NCBI GenBank assembly: GCA_964016885.1
Contig: OZ024743.1
Span: 307,334,001 to 307,398,000, forward strand
DNA length: 64,000 nt
DNA from: Eledone cirrhosa
Taxonomy: Eukaryota
Direction: 5' to 3'
Position 1 is the stretch's first letter. Each line of letters begins with the position of its first letter. A program made the translations under genes and the position numbers. Shown one piece after another: positions 25,558-37,120 of this stretch. The notes under the pieces were generated by a model. It ran no database searches and was not told the DNA's origin. It saw nothing but the letters and a program-made list of their open reading frames with translations.

Positions 25558-26039
25558 GCTGTCTCCAGACATTCATTTTCTAACTTTCTATGTGAAAATT
25601 GGGAATTTGAACGATCTTTCATAACCGCTTCCTCATAAGTCAGATTTAGATGTGGTTGTGCAGAAATACTAGTTCTATCACAATGATGATGATGGTCATT
25701 GTGATCAAAGTCAGTTTCAGTATTATGTAAATTATTTTCAATATCACTTCCATTGTTCACAAAGCTGATACTCCTCGAATCTCTGTTCATATCACAATCA
25801 TCATTATTGATCTCATTATTATTAATATTATGATCATTGATTTCATTGCTATCATTGCTGTCATTACTCAGGTTATCAAAATGGTTAACATCGTTGCTTA
25901 ATTGACTGAAAATAGGATTATCCTCCTGAAGACTAATATGGGAAAAGTTTGAATAAAGTGAAACAGCACTTAATGTCCTCTTGATACAAATATCAAATGT
26001 ATCTCCAGACTCCATTGTCTGGGCAGTAGAATAACTCAT
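25558..26039 (-). CDS. Probable first coding exon of the MFS/SLC16-like gene: Asn/Asp/His-rich cytoplasmic N-terminus
   Basis: 161-codon ATG-initiated ORF in very AT-rich DNA, ending at a consensus donor GC|gtgagt (phase 2) that joins in frame to the exon starting at 17065 (GC|T = Ala). Possible acceptor at 26058. Confidence 0.68.
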
Positions 26040-26534
26040 ATTTTTCTCTTAGATGATCTATAAAATTTTTTTGAAATTCAAAAATAATGTGACTTTCTGG
26101 GGTCTTTTTCCCCTTCTTACAATTACAAGACTCAGCCAGCAGTGTGAAGTATTTGATATGCAAACCTTCTTTTATTTCTCTAATTAAATAAATAAAAAAT
26201 AAATAAAAATAATCCAGGTAGAACCAGTTTCAGATAGTAACATTACTGAATTACTTGAAGACTACCAGCACAGATCCACTTTTTTGTTGTTGACATATTC
26301 TTAAAAAAAAGTGTTATCAAGTGATAAAATATCTAAATACATTAACCTTGTTGGAAGGAAGGTGAAAGAGATAAACAAAGCAATGCCCATGACTAAATTA
26401 TTTAAACTTGAAACTATCATGCTCCTGCTTATTTTGGTGAAGAAAATTCATCTCAAATCAAGGCAAACCCAATTACATATATTAAAATATGTGAAAAGTA
26501 AATGTAAAACAACAAAGCAAATAATATAGTACAA

Positions 26535-26885
26535 TGGAGGCACATGGCTTAGTGGTTAGAGCATTGGCCTTGCAATCAAAAGGTTGTGAGTTCAATTCTC
26601 AGACCGGGTGATGTGTTGTTTCCTTGAGCAAGACACTTTATTTCACATTGCTCCAGTTTACTCAGCTGTAGAACTGAGATGATAGGGACTGGGGTCCATA
26701 TCATTCCACTGCAAAGTGACCGTGGAGGTGCCACGGCAAAAAAGCACCCAGCACTCACTGTAAATGAGGTTGGTGTTAGGAAGGGCATCCAGCTGTAGAA
26801 ATCAAGCCAGAATCAGTTCCCGTCCCACCCTTGCAAGCAGGGAAAAGTGGACGTAAAATGATGATGATGATGATGATGATGATGA
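26535..26885 (+). mobile_element. tRNA-derived CORE-type SINE with RTE-LINE 3' tail
   Basis: A-box tggcttagtgg, B-box gagttcaattc, core ccttgagcaagacactttatttcacattgctcc; 26705-26820 nearly identical to the RTE 3' UTR at about 15413-15573 (without its duplicated block); (GAT)n tail. Confidence 0.88.
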
Positions 26886-28394
26886 ATATATTAGTTTGAT
26901 GTAGTCATGGGCAACATGTGTCTCATTTGGCTTTATGAATGGCATGCCTAATTTCGAAATTGCCTTTAATTTTTTAGTAGTGCAGCTCACCTTATGGTAG
27001 GCCACATCCTATGTGGCTCACTGCTTGGTTTAACACTTGATATAGAGCTCAAAGTTTCTGACGTTAGCCACCTAAAGCTCCAGGCATTCTTCTACGACAC
27101 ACCATCATCAGCCCAAAAAGATGAAAAAGAGCCTATCCCTACATATATTAAACATAAATTAGTCCAGTACAGGGCCACCACTAGCATTAAGGCTAACTAG
27201 GTAGTCACCCAGGGCACAGACCTCAGAGAAGCACTTTATTGAACCTTAAAGAATGACAGCTTTATACTGTAAAGTGATCATGTTGGTGACACAACAAAAA
27301 GCACCCAGCCCACACTGTAAAGTGGTCATGTAGGAGTCACGGCAAAAAGCATATAGTACACACTGTAAATGTCGTTGGCATTAGGAAGGGCATCCAGCTG
27401 TAGAAACCTAGCCAGAAACAGTTCTCTATAAGCAGGATGGAAGGTGGATGTTAAACAGCAATGATGATGATGATAATATAATTTCCTGCTATTAATAAAT
27501 ATATCCCTAAACATATTTGCCATATAGCAGTATTGTAGAAATATCCAAAGTGGTGTAGAGGACTGTAGGGTGTTATGACCTATCACATGATTTGACATGG
27601 GTGAGTCTGGATTGTGTTGTGGTCAGAGCCAAGAGATGTCAAAAAGTAGGTTTGTCAGCATACCTAACTTTCAGTTAAAATTATTATATTTGTGAGGGCA
27701 GGTCATATAACTGGGAGAGTGGGGAGCATGGCTAGTAGGATGCTAAATATCCAGTTCTAGTCCAGTGTTTATCTCTTGTTTCTGTAGAGTTTAGCAAATG
27801 AGAGACAATTATTTATCTGTATAGGGTAACAGTCTCTCATTAGTAACTTTCCTGCCGTTAGAATGTAAGCCATCTTACAGCATTTGTATCAGTGTCCAGA
27901 TGGTTAATGATGTTGGTGCCAGGCAGAAGATGGGCACAGAGAGAGGGGGGAGAAGATGGGGAGAGGGGAGAGGGGAGAGGGAGGAGACCAAAAACAGAAC
28001 CTATCTCCTAAAAGAAATGAGACAGAGAGAGAGAAAGAAAGAGTGGTATGTGAGAAAGAGGGGAGAGTTCTAAAACAGAATCTCTCCCCTTCTAAAAGTA
28101 ATGAGAGAAAGAAGGGGAGTCCTAAAATAGAACCTCTCTCCTTCTAAAGGGAATGGGTTCTGTTTTAATATTAATTTGTTAGGATCCGTAAAATAATTTC
28201 TCATTTATTAAAAGAAAGTCTGTTATTAGAGCAACAGTACAGGTAACTGTGAAGGTGTATAGCTTAGGGGTTAGAGTGTTCAGCTCTTGGGAGTGAGGTC
28301 GTGAGTTTGATTTCTTATAATTAGAAAACAAAAGATTCCAACAGGTGTTTCAAATCTAAAGGGAGCAAGTAAAACAAACAACTCCAATAATTCT

Positions 28395-28795
28395 TTCTAC
28401 TTTAGGCACAAGGCCATCAATTACCCAGTGCATTACTGGTACTTTATTTTATCGACCCCGTCAGGATGAAAGGCAAAGTCAACCTCGCCGGGATTTGAAC
28501 TCAGATCGTAAAGGGACGTAACTATGCCGGAAAGCATGGCGTCCGACTCTCTACCGATACTCCCAATCCACAGATAATGATTCCTGATTTAAACACAAGG
28601 CCAGCAATTTTAGGGGAAGGGAAAATCGATTAAATCGACCCCAGTGCATTACTGGTGCTTTATTTATCAACCCCGTAAGGATGAAAAGCAAAGCTAACCA
28701 TGGCAGGATTTGAACTCAGAACATAAAGGGCCGTAACTCTATGCTGTGAAGCATATTGTTCGATGCTCTATCGATACTGCCAAACCACCATCCTC
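28395..28795 (-). mobile_element. Two adjacent Nin/Deu SINEs
   Basis: Reverse complements of the 8052-8250 family at about 28395-28572 and 28580-28795. Confidence 0.87.
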
Positions 28796-29239
28796 CAAAC
28801 AATTCCAATAATACCAGCAAATTTAGGTCCTTACAAAAAGAAAAAGAAGAAAAACAATTTTTGTATGAATCTAAAATGACTGATTGTTAGGTGGGACACC
28901 TCTGTAAAAAGAAGTGACTAAAAACAACAACTTAATAATTTGATAAACATTCAAATATATGACGTCAGATGTGAATGGCTATTTGGCTATTCAACCTACT
29001 TGATGAAACAAGTTTAAACCAGAATGTTATTACTGTGTGCAAAACCTTGAGATGTATTTATCAATTTATATCAGCAGAGATAATCAAAATCATTTATGCC
29101 ATCTCACAGTTAAGTTTGAAGTTTATAGGTTCGTTTCTGTTAGAAATGGAGAAAAGATTTACTTGAAACTTGACCAGGAAAATATGTCAATATATCATTA
29201 GTCGGATGGCTTGGTGACATGTTCAGTCCTGGAATCTCA

Positions 29240-29560
29240 TCATCATTGGTTGTTAGTCTATTTTTCCATGCTTGCATGGGTTGGATGGGTCTTTTTTAGC
29301 ACGGCATCTCTCCACTTGTCACGTTCCTTTGTAATTTCCTGTGAGTCTCAGTGATTTGAGATCAGCTCTCACCACCTCCATCCAGGTCTTTCTAGGTCTA
29401 CCTCTACTGTGACTTCCATCCACTGGTATTTCCTGGCACTTCTTCACTCATCAATCATGATCCATGCACACCACAGATCCATACCAATGCAGTCACTTCT
29501 CTTGCACACCACTCCAGATTCCTCTTAAACTCAGTTTCTCCCTCAGTTCAATGCATGTAG
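29240..29560 (-). mobile_element. Old RTE 3' fragment
   Basis: catcatcat..ccatgcttgcatgggtt tail; GRPRKTW-like and WYG-like coding remnants. Confidence 0.7.
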
Positions 29561-29799
29561 TTAGAGCCTCCATATAATCAAAAGGCATATATATTTTTAT
29601 ATTTTGTGAGATCTTCTGGTGTAATTTTTTAAACAAGGGTCTTCCAAGTTTTAATCTGGCACCAGGTTTGTTTTATATCAAGGGATGCTCTGCTGAATTA
29701 TAAATGGAAACAATTTTCTCTTAATGGCTCAGTTCTCATTATTGGAAAGGCTTTTTACAATGATGTTGCTAGATCATTGGATTGTTTTGCAGCATAAAG

Positions 29800-30640
29800 T
29801 TACATCCCTTCATATTCTGTGTTCAAATTCCACCAAAGTTAGCTTTGACTTTCATCCCTACAGGGTTCATAAAATAAAGTACCAAAATGCATTGGGGTTG
29901 ATTTAATCAACTTTCCCCCAAAAATTGTTGGCCTTGTGTGTAAATCAGAAACCATTATTGTAAAAGCTCCCATGATGAGATACATGTGTATGTGGTATGT
30001 GTGTATGGTGTGTGTGTGTGTGTGTGTATGTGTGTGTTTGTGTCTGTGTGTGCACGTGTTGGACTTCTGTCTGTTCCAACACATGTGTTCCATTTGGTAT
30101 AAGTGGAACAACCTGGTTTTGAAATTAACATGCAAGTGGCTGAGCATTCCACAGACACGTATCCAGTAAACATAGTTATCAGGAAGATTCAGTATGACAT
30201 GGCTGGCCTTTTGAACTACATGTACAACTTTTTTTTTCCAACTGAATGGGCTGATGCAACATGAAATAAAGTGTCTTGTTCAAGGACACAATGTGAAATA
30301 AAGTGTCTTGCTCAAGGACACAAAGGGAATCGAACTAACAACTTTATGTTCATGTACTGAACACCTTAACCACTAAGCCATACACTTTTATGAATGCCTT
30401 AACAAGTGGCTGTAGGTAAGGACGTCTGTTTCACAATCATAAGGTCCCAGGTTCAATCCCACTACTACATGGCATCTTGGACAAGTGTTACTTTTATAGT
30501 CTTGGGTTGATCCAAGCCTTGTGGGGGGAATTGGGTAGACAGAAACTGTTTAGAAGCCTAGCATGTGAACTGTACTTGTGATTCAAAGGATCAGTCTCAT
30601 AACACATTGAGTCATGTTGAATCTCCCTGAGAATTACATT
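29800..30640. mobile_element. Cluster of degenerate SINEs (Nin/Deu on +, CORE-type on -, tRNA-headed on +)
   Basis: Core motifs at 29815-29960, 30260-30385 and 30405-30640. Confidence 0.65.
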
Positions 30641-30642
30641 AA

Positions 30643-30850
30643 CCCTTTAGCATTTAAACCGGCCGTATCTGGCCAGAATTCTCTCACTTCTTTCTGTTAA
30701 AACCGGCCATAACTAGTTGCTCATACTGACGTAAACGTATTGTTTTCAAAATAAATAATATCAAGATCTCATAGATTCAATGTTATTTGAGGTAAAACCT
30801 TTACCATGAAAATACAATAATATATAGAGAGTAATGTAAATGCTAAAGGG
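30643..30850. mobile_element. piggyBac-type MITE family A
   Basis: TTAA|ccctttagcattta...taaatgctaaaggg|TTAA, perfect 14-bp TIR. Confidence 0.9.
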
Positions 30851-31693
30851 TTAATAGATAAATCTAGTTCATTCTCCTTTGGAGAATGTTTACTGTTCAG
30901 AATATGGAAAAAATTCAAGAATTTGTAATCGATTATTGTGGTTGCCAGAAGAGGGGGGGGGGGAACAATTGAAAAATTATTAAATGAATCATAATAAAAA
31001 AAATATTCCTCAACGTAGATAGATCATCATCATTTTACGTCCGCTTTTCCCTGCTTGCATATGTTTGTTTATTTACCACAGGGGCGCACAAGAAATGGAT
31101 ACCTTTAAAATGGGTGATTTTATTTCATAGAACCAGAGCTGGTTTTGGGCAGGTTGGTAACTAAAAGGTTAAACAGCAATCAATGTTCACAAGCTGATGA
31201 ATCCTAACTTAATTCCAGTTGTCATTCGTCTTTGACCAAGGCCACATTGAACTTTTCTCAGCTGTCTCTGTCAGGCATTTGATTGTTGCTGTTCTTTTCT
31301 AACCTTGTGTTCTAAAGCATGCAACAATGTCACACCATGTATAGTGGCTGCTGAAGGCCAACATGACTCTTTAGTTTTGCTGAATATTGTGTGGGTATGG
31401 TGTGGCGTGCGGTGGCCAGAGGCGGGGGAGTGCTCGACCGGGTCTTTTGGCCGGAAGGATGCTCGACTGGAAGGGCCAGCAGAGGGCCTCTCTCTAGTGG
31501 TGACCAGCACACGGTGTGGACGCGAGTTTGGGCAGCTCCCGGTGTTAAGCAGTTGGACGCACGTGGAAGAAGAGTAACCTGCAGTGGAATTTAGCGGCGC
31601 CTGTGAAAAGCGGTAAGTGAGATAGCTTTTTCTAACCACAAGCTATTTCGGCAACTGAAAAAAAAAAACACTTGCCGCAAGACAAATCAGAAG

Positions 31694-32455
31694 ATGGCGA
31701 CAAGACTACGGATGAACGAAGCTATCAGGGCATTCACCGGGGAAGGTGATGTTGTCGCTTGGCTGCGGAAGGTTCGGCTGGTCGCAAGCTTGCATAAGAT
31801 AGAGGACGTGGCCGGCCTCATGGCATTGTACCTCGAGGGCGACGTGCTGGTACTCTTCCTTGAGTTGGACGAGCACAGCCAAAGAGATGTGCAGAAGATT
31901 GAGAGGCGTCTGATGGATGCATTCGCCGAGGGACCGTTGGCAGCTTTTGCTAAGCTGGCGAGAATCAGGTGGAATGGTGAGCGCGTCAACATTTTCGCAG
32001 CGGAAATAAGGCGGTTGGCTATGTTGGCCGGTTACCAGGCGGAATGCGAACGCACGGTGCGGTTGGCGTTCATCAATGGATTTCCGGACGACATAGCGGT
32101 GAAACTGCAGCAAGTCCCGGGTTATAAAGAGATGGAAATGCGTTCACTGGTGGAACAAGCCCGGATCATAGCGGAAGATGCCAAAAAGAGTGTTGCGGCG
32201 ATAGCAACTACGGAGGCTCAGGACACCTGGCAGCGAAATGGTGAAAGGGAGGCAACCTCGGCACGCGGCCGTCCTCGTGCGTTTAGGGGGCACTGTTTTC
32301 GGTGCCAGGGCCCGCATATGGCTAGAGACTGTAGAGAGTCGAAGCCGGAGATAATTTGCTACCGATGTAAGCGACCAGGCCACATCACTACTAACTGCGA
32401 CCAGGGAAATGATCCAAGGGGAACTACTGCGCCGGTAGTTGCCCCTTACAAGTAG
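31694..32455 (+). CDS. gag: Gypsy Gag with two CCHC zinc knuckles
   Basis: Intact 253-aa ORF; CFRCQGPHMARDC and CYRCKRPGHITTNC; cagggaaat (QGN), a possible -1 slippery site. Confidence 0.85.
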   Translation: MATRLRMNEAIRAFTGEGDVVAWLRKVRLVASLHKIEDVAGLMALYLEGDVLVLFLELDEHSQRDVQKIERRLMDAFAEGPLAAFAKLARIRWNGERVNIFAAEIRRLAMLAGYQAECERTVRLAFINGFPDDIAVKLQQVPGYKEMEMRSLVEQARIIAEDAKKSVAAIATTEAQDTWQRNGEREATSARGRPRAFRGHCFRCQGPHMARDCRESKPEIICYRCKRPGHITTNCDQGNDPRGTTAPVVAPYK

Positions 32456-32760
32456 CGGCGCTGCCCGTGGTGGAAGTCTTCGTGAGGGGGAAGCCACAGC
32501 GAGCCCTCGTGGATACGGGCTGTACGACACTGGTGACCGCGGAGGTGGCGCAGAGGTGGGGAGGGAAGAGCAGCGTAAGGGCAGTCGACGGCAGGAAAAT
32601 TGAATGCCGAGGTCGCAGCGAGATGGAAATAGCGGTACGAGGAAGGAGGATAAGGCTTTCCGCCATCGTGGTAGACAGTGTGGTGGATGGGATCGGCATG
32701 GTTATGGGCATGGACGTGATAGGCCGCCCCAATAATACGAAAATCGCAACGAAGTCGTAG
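32400..32760 (+). CDS. Retroviral-type aspartic protease, truncated pol in the -1 frame
   Basis: ALVDTGC and MVMGMDVI motifs; ORF ends before RT. Confidence 0.78.
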
Positions 32761-33299
32761 ACCACCGACCTGGACAGCAGACTTTCATATGCAGAGGGAC
32801 GAGAGGGAAATTGATCCTTGAGCTCAGGGGGCGTGTGGGTATGGTGTGGCGTGCGGTGGCCGCAGGCGGGGGAGTGCTAGACCGGAAGGGTGTGTGGCGT
32901 GCGGTGGCCAGAGGTGGGGGAGTGCTCGACCGGAAGGGTCTTTTGGCCGGAAGGATGCTCGACCGGAAGGGCCAGCAGAGGGCCTCTCTCTAGTGGTGAC
33001 CAGCACACGGTGTGGACGCGAGTTTGGGCAGCTCCCAGTGTTAAGCAGTTGGATGCACGTGGAAGAGGAGTAACCTGCAGTGGAATTTAGGCGGTTGGCT
33101 ATGTTGGCCGGTTACCAGGCGGAATGCGAACGCACACATATTGAACAACCTCTTTAATGCAAGCACCACAATAAATTGTACCCAATACAGCTGTAAAATA
33201 TATATACAAAGGTGATGGTGATATTGATGAAGTACATCTTTTCTTACACACACAGACACATATATATTTATATATATACTTGGTATGAGGAGGGGGAAT

Positions 33300-33745
33300 G
33301 TAGCTGGAAGTATAAGGGCCAGTGATGTCATGGGTACAGAGGGACTTGCCAAAAATAGAAGGGACTGTGACATCATGGGCTGGAGGGACTTACCGGAAGT
33401 AGAAGGGACTGTGACATCATGTGGCTGGAGGTAGAAAGGCACTATGTCATGGGGCCAAAGGGCCTTGCTGAAAATAGAAAGGCACTGTGACAACATGGGA
33501 CAAGAGGGCCTTACCAGAATTAGAAAGGTACTGTGACATCATGGGGCCAGAGAGACTTACCAGGAGTAGAAAGGCACTGTGATATCATGGGACCAGAGGA
33601 CCTTGCTGGAAGTAAAAAGGCAATGTGATGTTATGAGGCCAGAGGACCTTGCTGGAAGTAGAAAGGCACTGTGACATCACGGGGCTAGAGGGACTTGCTG
33701 GAAGAAGAAAAGCATTGAGATGTCATGGGGCCAGAGGGCCTCAAA
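33300..33745. repeat. Minisatellite, about 44-46-bp unit (agaaaggcactgtgacatcatggggccagagggacttgctggaagt)
   Basis: About 9 degenerate copies. Confidence 0.85.
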
Positions 33746-34164
33746 TCACATCACACTCATCTGCCTCCTATATTTCCCTCCCCTCCAAACAGATCAGAGA
33801 AGGCTCTTTCATTGGCATAAGGACCAGCCCAGTACACCCAGTAATGGTACCTTACTGTAGAAACCATGCCTATAAAAAATAGGTTCCTAGCACTCTTCAG
33901 TCATAACACGGCATAACAGCCTCCTTAGTGTCGGTGATCTACATGATAAACACACCCAGTACACGCTGTAAAGTAGTTGGTGATAGGAGGAACATCCAGC
34001 TGTAGAAAGCTTGCCAAAGGGTTGGGAGGACCTTCAGTTTGTGTCAAGAGACATGACAACCTCTCCTGTGCACTCCATAGAACATGAGACAGTATGTAAG
34101 TGAGATGAAGACTTCCACACTACTTCAGTACTGACTTGGTCTATGTAAACCCGTCCAAAATTTG

Positions 34165-34350
34165 ATGGCTGGCTGGATCGATGATGTGGTTGGATGGATG
34201 AGTGAATGGTTTGATGGATGGTTGATTGAATGGCTGAATGGTTGGTTGGACGGATGAATGGGTGGAAGACTGTCTCTCTGTCTGTATCGATGGATGAATG
34301 AATAATGGTTGGGTGAGTAGATGGATGGATGGGTCGAAAGATGGATTTAG
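34165..34350. repeat. Degenerate (GGAT/GGTT)n microsatellite
   Basis: Read directly from the sequence. Confidence 0.8.
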
Positions 34351-34726
34351 TTGTTACACCCACTTACAGCAGAGTAGGAAAAGTCCAGAACATATTTTCC
34401 TCATTTAATCTTGTTTGTTGTCATTACATTGAATTCTTTTTATGATCGACATTAACATCATTTTAGGATCTGGTCACTCAATCTACCATTGAGGTAACAT
34501 GAGTATCTCTTTCTGGGTATCATAGGCCTCACAGTTTGAGCGTTTTATGTGGCCATAGTGTAGTCTCGTAGCAAAACATAATTTCGTTAAGTCAAATTGA
34601 AGAGGACATTTTAACATAGGTTTTTAAGTTAAGGAAGAGTTCTTTCCCTTTCTTATCAAGAAAATTTTAATATTGCAAAGTGAGGCAACGAAATCTACAA
34701 TTATTGGAATGTTTAAATTATATATA

Positions 34727-34856
34727 CAGGTAAAATTCCGTTATAACGAAAAAAGTTTCAATCCCCGAAGTAAACAATCACTCGATTTGTTTCGTTCGAT
34801 CTCGTTACAACGAATTATTTGTTATACCCCGTGAATTTCGTTATAACAGAATTTCA

Positions 34857-34859
<3 letters not shown>
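34727..34859. mobile_element. Tc1/pogo-type MITE, about 133 bp
   Basis: TA|caggtaaaattccgttataacgaa ... ttcgttataacagaatttcactg|TA inverted termini. Confidence 0.8.
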
Positions 34860-34909
<50 letters not shown>

Positions 34910-35049
34910 AAGGTTAAACAAGGTTCAAGGAATAAATCAATGAATAAAGTTTTACAATAGATTAGAAGCACTCCACAGTTTTGGTTTTCCGGAGTTATTA
35001 ATATTAATTCAAAATATTAACAAATATAGACATTCGTGTGATCAAGTAT

Positions 35050-35114
35050 ATTTTATTATACATATTTCAGAGGTACTGAGCTATCTTCAACAGAACGTCC
35101 TCATCAGATAAAAT
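35050..35114 (-). ncRNA. Minimal type-I hammerhead ribozyme motif (Penelope-like), partly degenerate
   Basis: Minus strand: auuuuau-CUGAUGA-gg...cu-GAAA-uaugua-UA-auaaaau. Perfect 7-bp stem I and near-palindromic short stem III; stem II is weak. Confidence 0.6.
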
Positions 35115-35786
35115 AAGATGATGCTTGACATACCTTGACTAAGTAGATGGTTAAAATTCAGTCATGGCAGTGAATAAGATAGGACAAAACTCAATATTTA
35201 TATACCTTAAGATTGAGACATGAAAAAATTACATATAATACAGAGGGTGCGTGTGAGAAAGCTTATAAAGATGCATAATAATAAACAACTACTAATATAA
35301 TATAAACCTACATAACTGTTAGAAATTTAAATAATTTAAATTATTGAATAAAGAAGAAGTGAAAGACAGAGAGAGAAACAGATGAGGAAAAAGAGAATGA
35401 CTAGAAGTATAGAATTATCTTATGCACGAAAGCAAAAGAAAATTGATTAATGATAGAGAGAGGAGGAGAAAATAATTTTTATAGTATAAAACATAGGGAC
35501 AGAGATTTGTATTGTCGTGGATAAATAGCGTATAATTAGATGATGCAAAAATATATATATAAATATATATTTGGGCGTAGCTTTGTGAATAAATAATTTT
35601 GAATCGTTAAATTATTTAGAAATAATCAATCAATCAAAATATCAAATATATATCTGGGTGTAGTTATATGACGGTTTATTTTCGAATCCCTAAGTTAATT
35701 AGAAATAGTCAATTAATCAAAAATATATATATCCCAGGGCATCCGGATGACCATTAAATTTTGAATCTTTATGTTAGTTAGAAATA

Positions 35787-36270
35787 GTTTGGCCTCCTCA
35801 GCTTGATGTGCAGCAGAACCTGGATCAGTCGCAGACTGCACCAGGTTGCAGCTGCAGAAAGTGTCGATGCAAGTTACATCCCAGACGAAGGGTTTGCCAC
35901 CGCAGAACGGGAAGATGGTCATGCCATCTGACCTTTTGCTGTCCCCTCGATCCAGCCCCACCGGCTCGAGCTTGGAAGGGAAGCCTGCATCGTCCAAGCC
36001 ATGCTTAATGACATCGTTGAGGGCAGCATGGCGTGGAATGCGGCCGGCACTGTGACGACAGGAAAGCGGGTGGAGGCCGAAAGAATCCACGGTGGAACCG
36101 CAGCAACATTGGTGTGGCTGGCATAATCTGGAGGCCGAGCCTCAGGGAAACGCTGATGTGCAAGCTATGGTTGTCTAGCTACGTGCCAGTGAAGAAGGAG
36201 GGTAGGGCATGGAGCCAGGCACCACTGTGGGGTTTGGAGGCCGCACGAAAACAAGCAAGGCAGTGTGAAT
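35787..36270 (-). mobile_element. CRE-clade non-LTR retrotransposon fragment (Zn finger plus RLE)
   Basis: CCGSTVDSFGLHPLSC..GRIPRHAALNDVIK..EPVGLDRGDSKRSDG..VWDVTCIDT. Confidence 0.82.
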
Positions 36271-36636
36271 ATTTATAAAAAATTATCATGTATGAGCAAG
36301 AATTCCCAAATATAAGAAATGTAAACCATTAAAGATATAATTGTGATAAAATGGAGATACAAATTTTAATTGTAGATAGAAGTAAAGGTAAAGAAGAAAA
36401 AATTGATAAAAAGAGACAATAACACAAGAAAATAAACAAATAATGACTTTGATAATTAATTAATAAAAATACTAATTACAGAAAATAAAAGAAAAAAAAA
36501 CCATTCGAGAGATAAAAAATATTTTAATTGAAATATATTTTATTAAATTTAACAATAAATATATTCAATACAATACATTGAAATATCAAACAGCAACATA
36601 ATTTTAAATATATACAAGACAAATTATTTATTACAT

Positions 36637-37060
36637 TTAAACTGGCTATAACTGGCCAAAATTCTCTCACCTCTTTCTGTTAAAACCGGCCATAACCGGT
36701 TGCTCATATTGATGTTAAGGTATTGTTCTCAAAATAAATAACATCAAAATCTGATAGATTCGATATTATGTGAAGTAATTATGTGAAAATACAATAATAT
36801 ATAGAGAGTAATGTAAATGCTAAAGGATTAATAGACAAATCTAGTTGATTCTCCTTTGGAGAATGCTTACTGTAGAATATGGAAAAAAATTCAAGAAGTT
36901 GAAATTGATTATTGTGGTTGCCAGAAGAATGCGGGAGAAAAAAATACAAACAATTATAAAATGAACTATAAAAAAAAAAAAATTTTTTTTAATTCCTTGA
37001 TGTAGATAGATAGATAGATATGTTTGTTTCTTTATTTGCTACAGGGGCGCACAAGAAATG
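36637..37060 (+). repeat. Diverged duplicate of about 30655-31100 (MITE A, its flank and a Tx1 3' end)
   Basis: Shared MITE body, shared flank aatctagtt.attctcctttggagaatg...attattgtggttgccagaaga and shared acaggggcgcacaagaaatgg. Confidence 0.8.
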
Positions 37061-37120
37061 GGATATTACAGGACGTATAATGGGTTTTTTTACATTTAAG
37101 CATGTAAATAGTTTTAACAA

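Larger units (their letters stand above)
31390..33138 (+). mobile_element. Non-autonomous Gypsy-type LTR element (gag plus protease only) with an aberrant right end
   Basis: Direct repeats starting TGTGGG at 31390 and 32834; purine-rich tract before the second; gag with Zn knuckles; protease; no RT or IN; TATTG flanks at 31385-31389 and 33139-33143. Confidence 0.87.

Noticed and set aside
26540-26605. tRNA gene
   Set aside because: A and B boxes belong to a SINE head; no complete cloverleaf, and it runs into SINE core and LINE tail.
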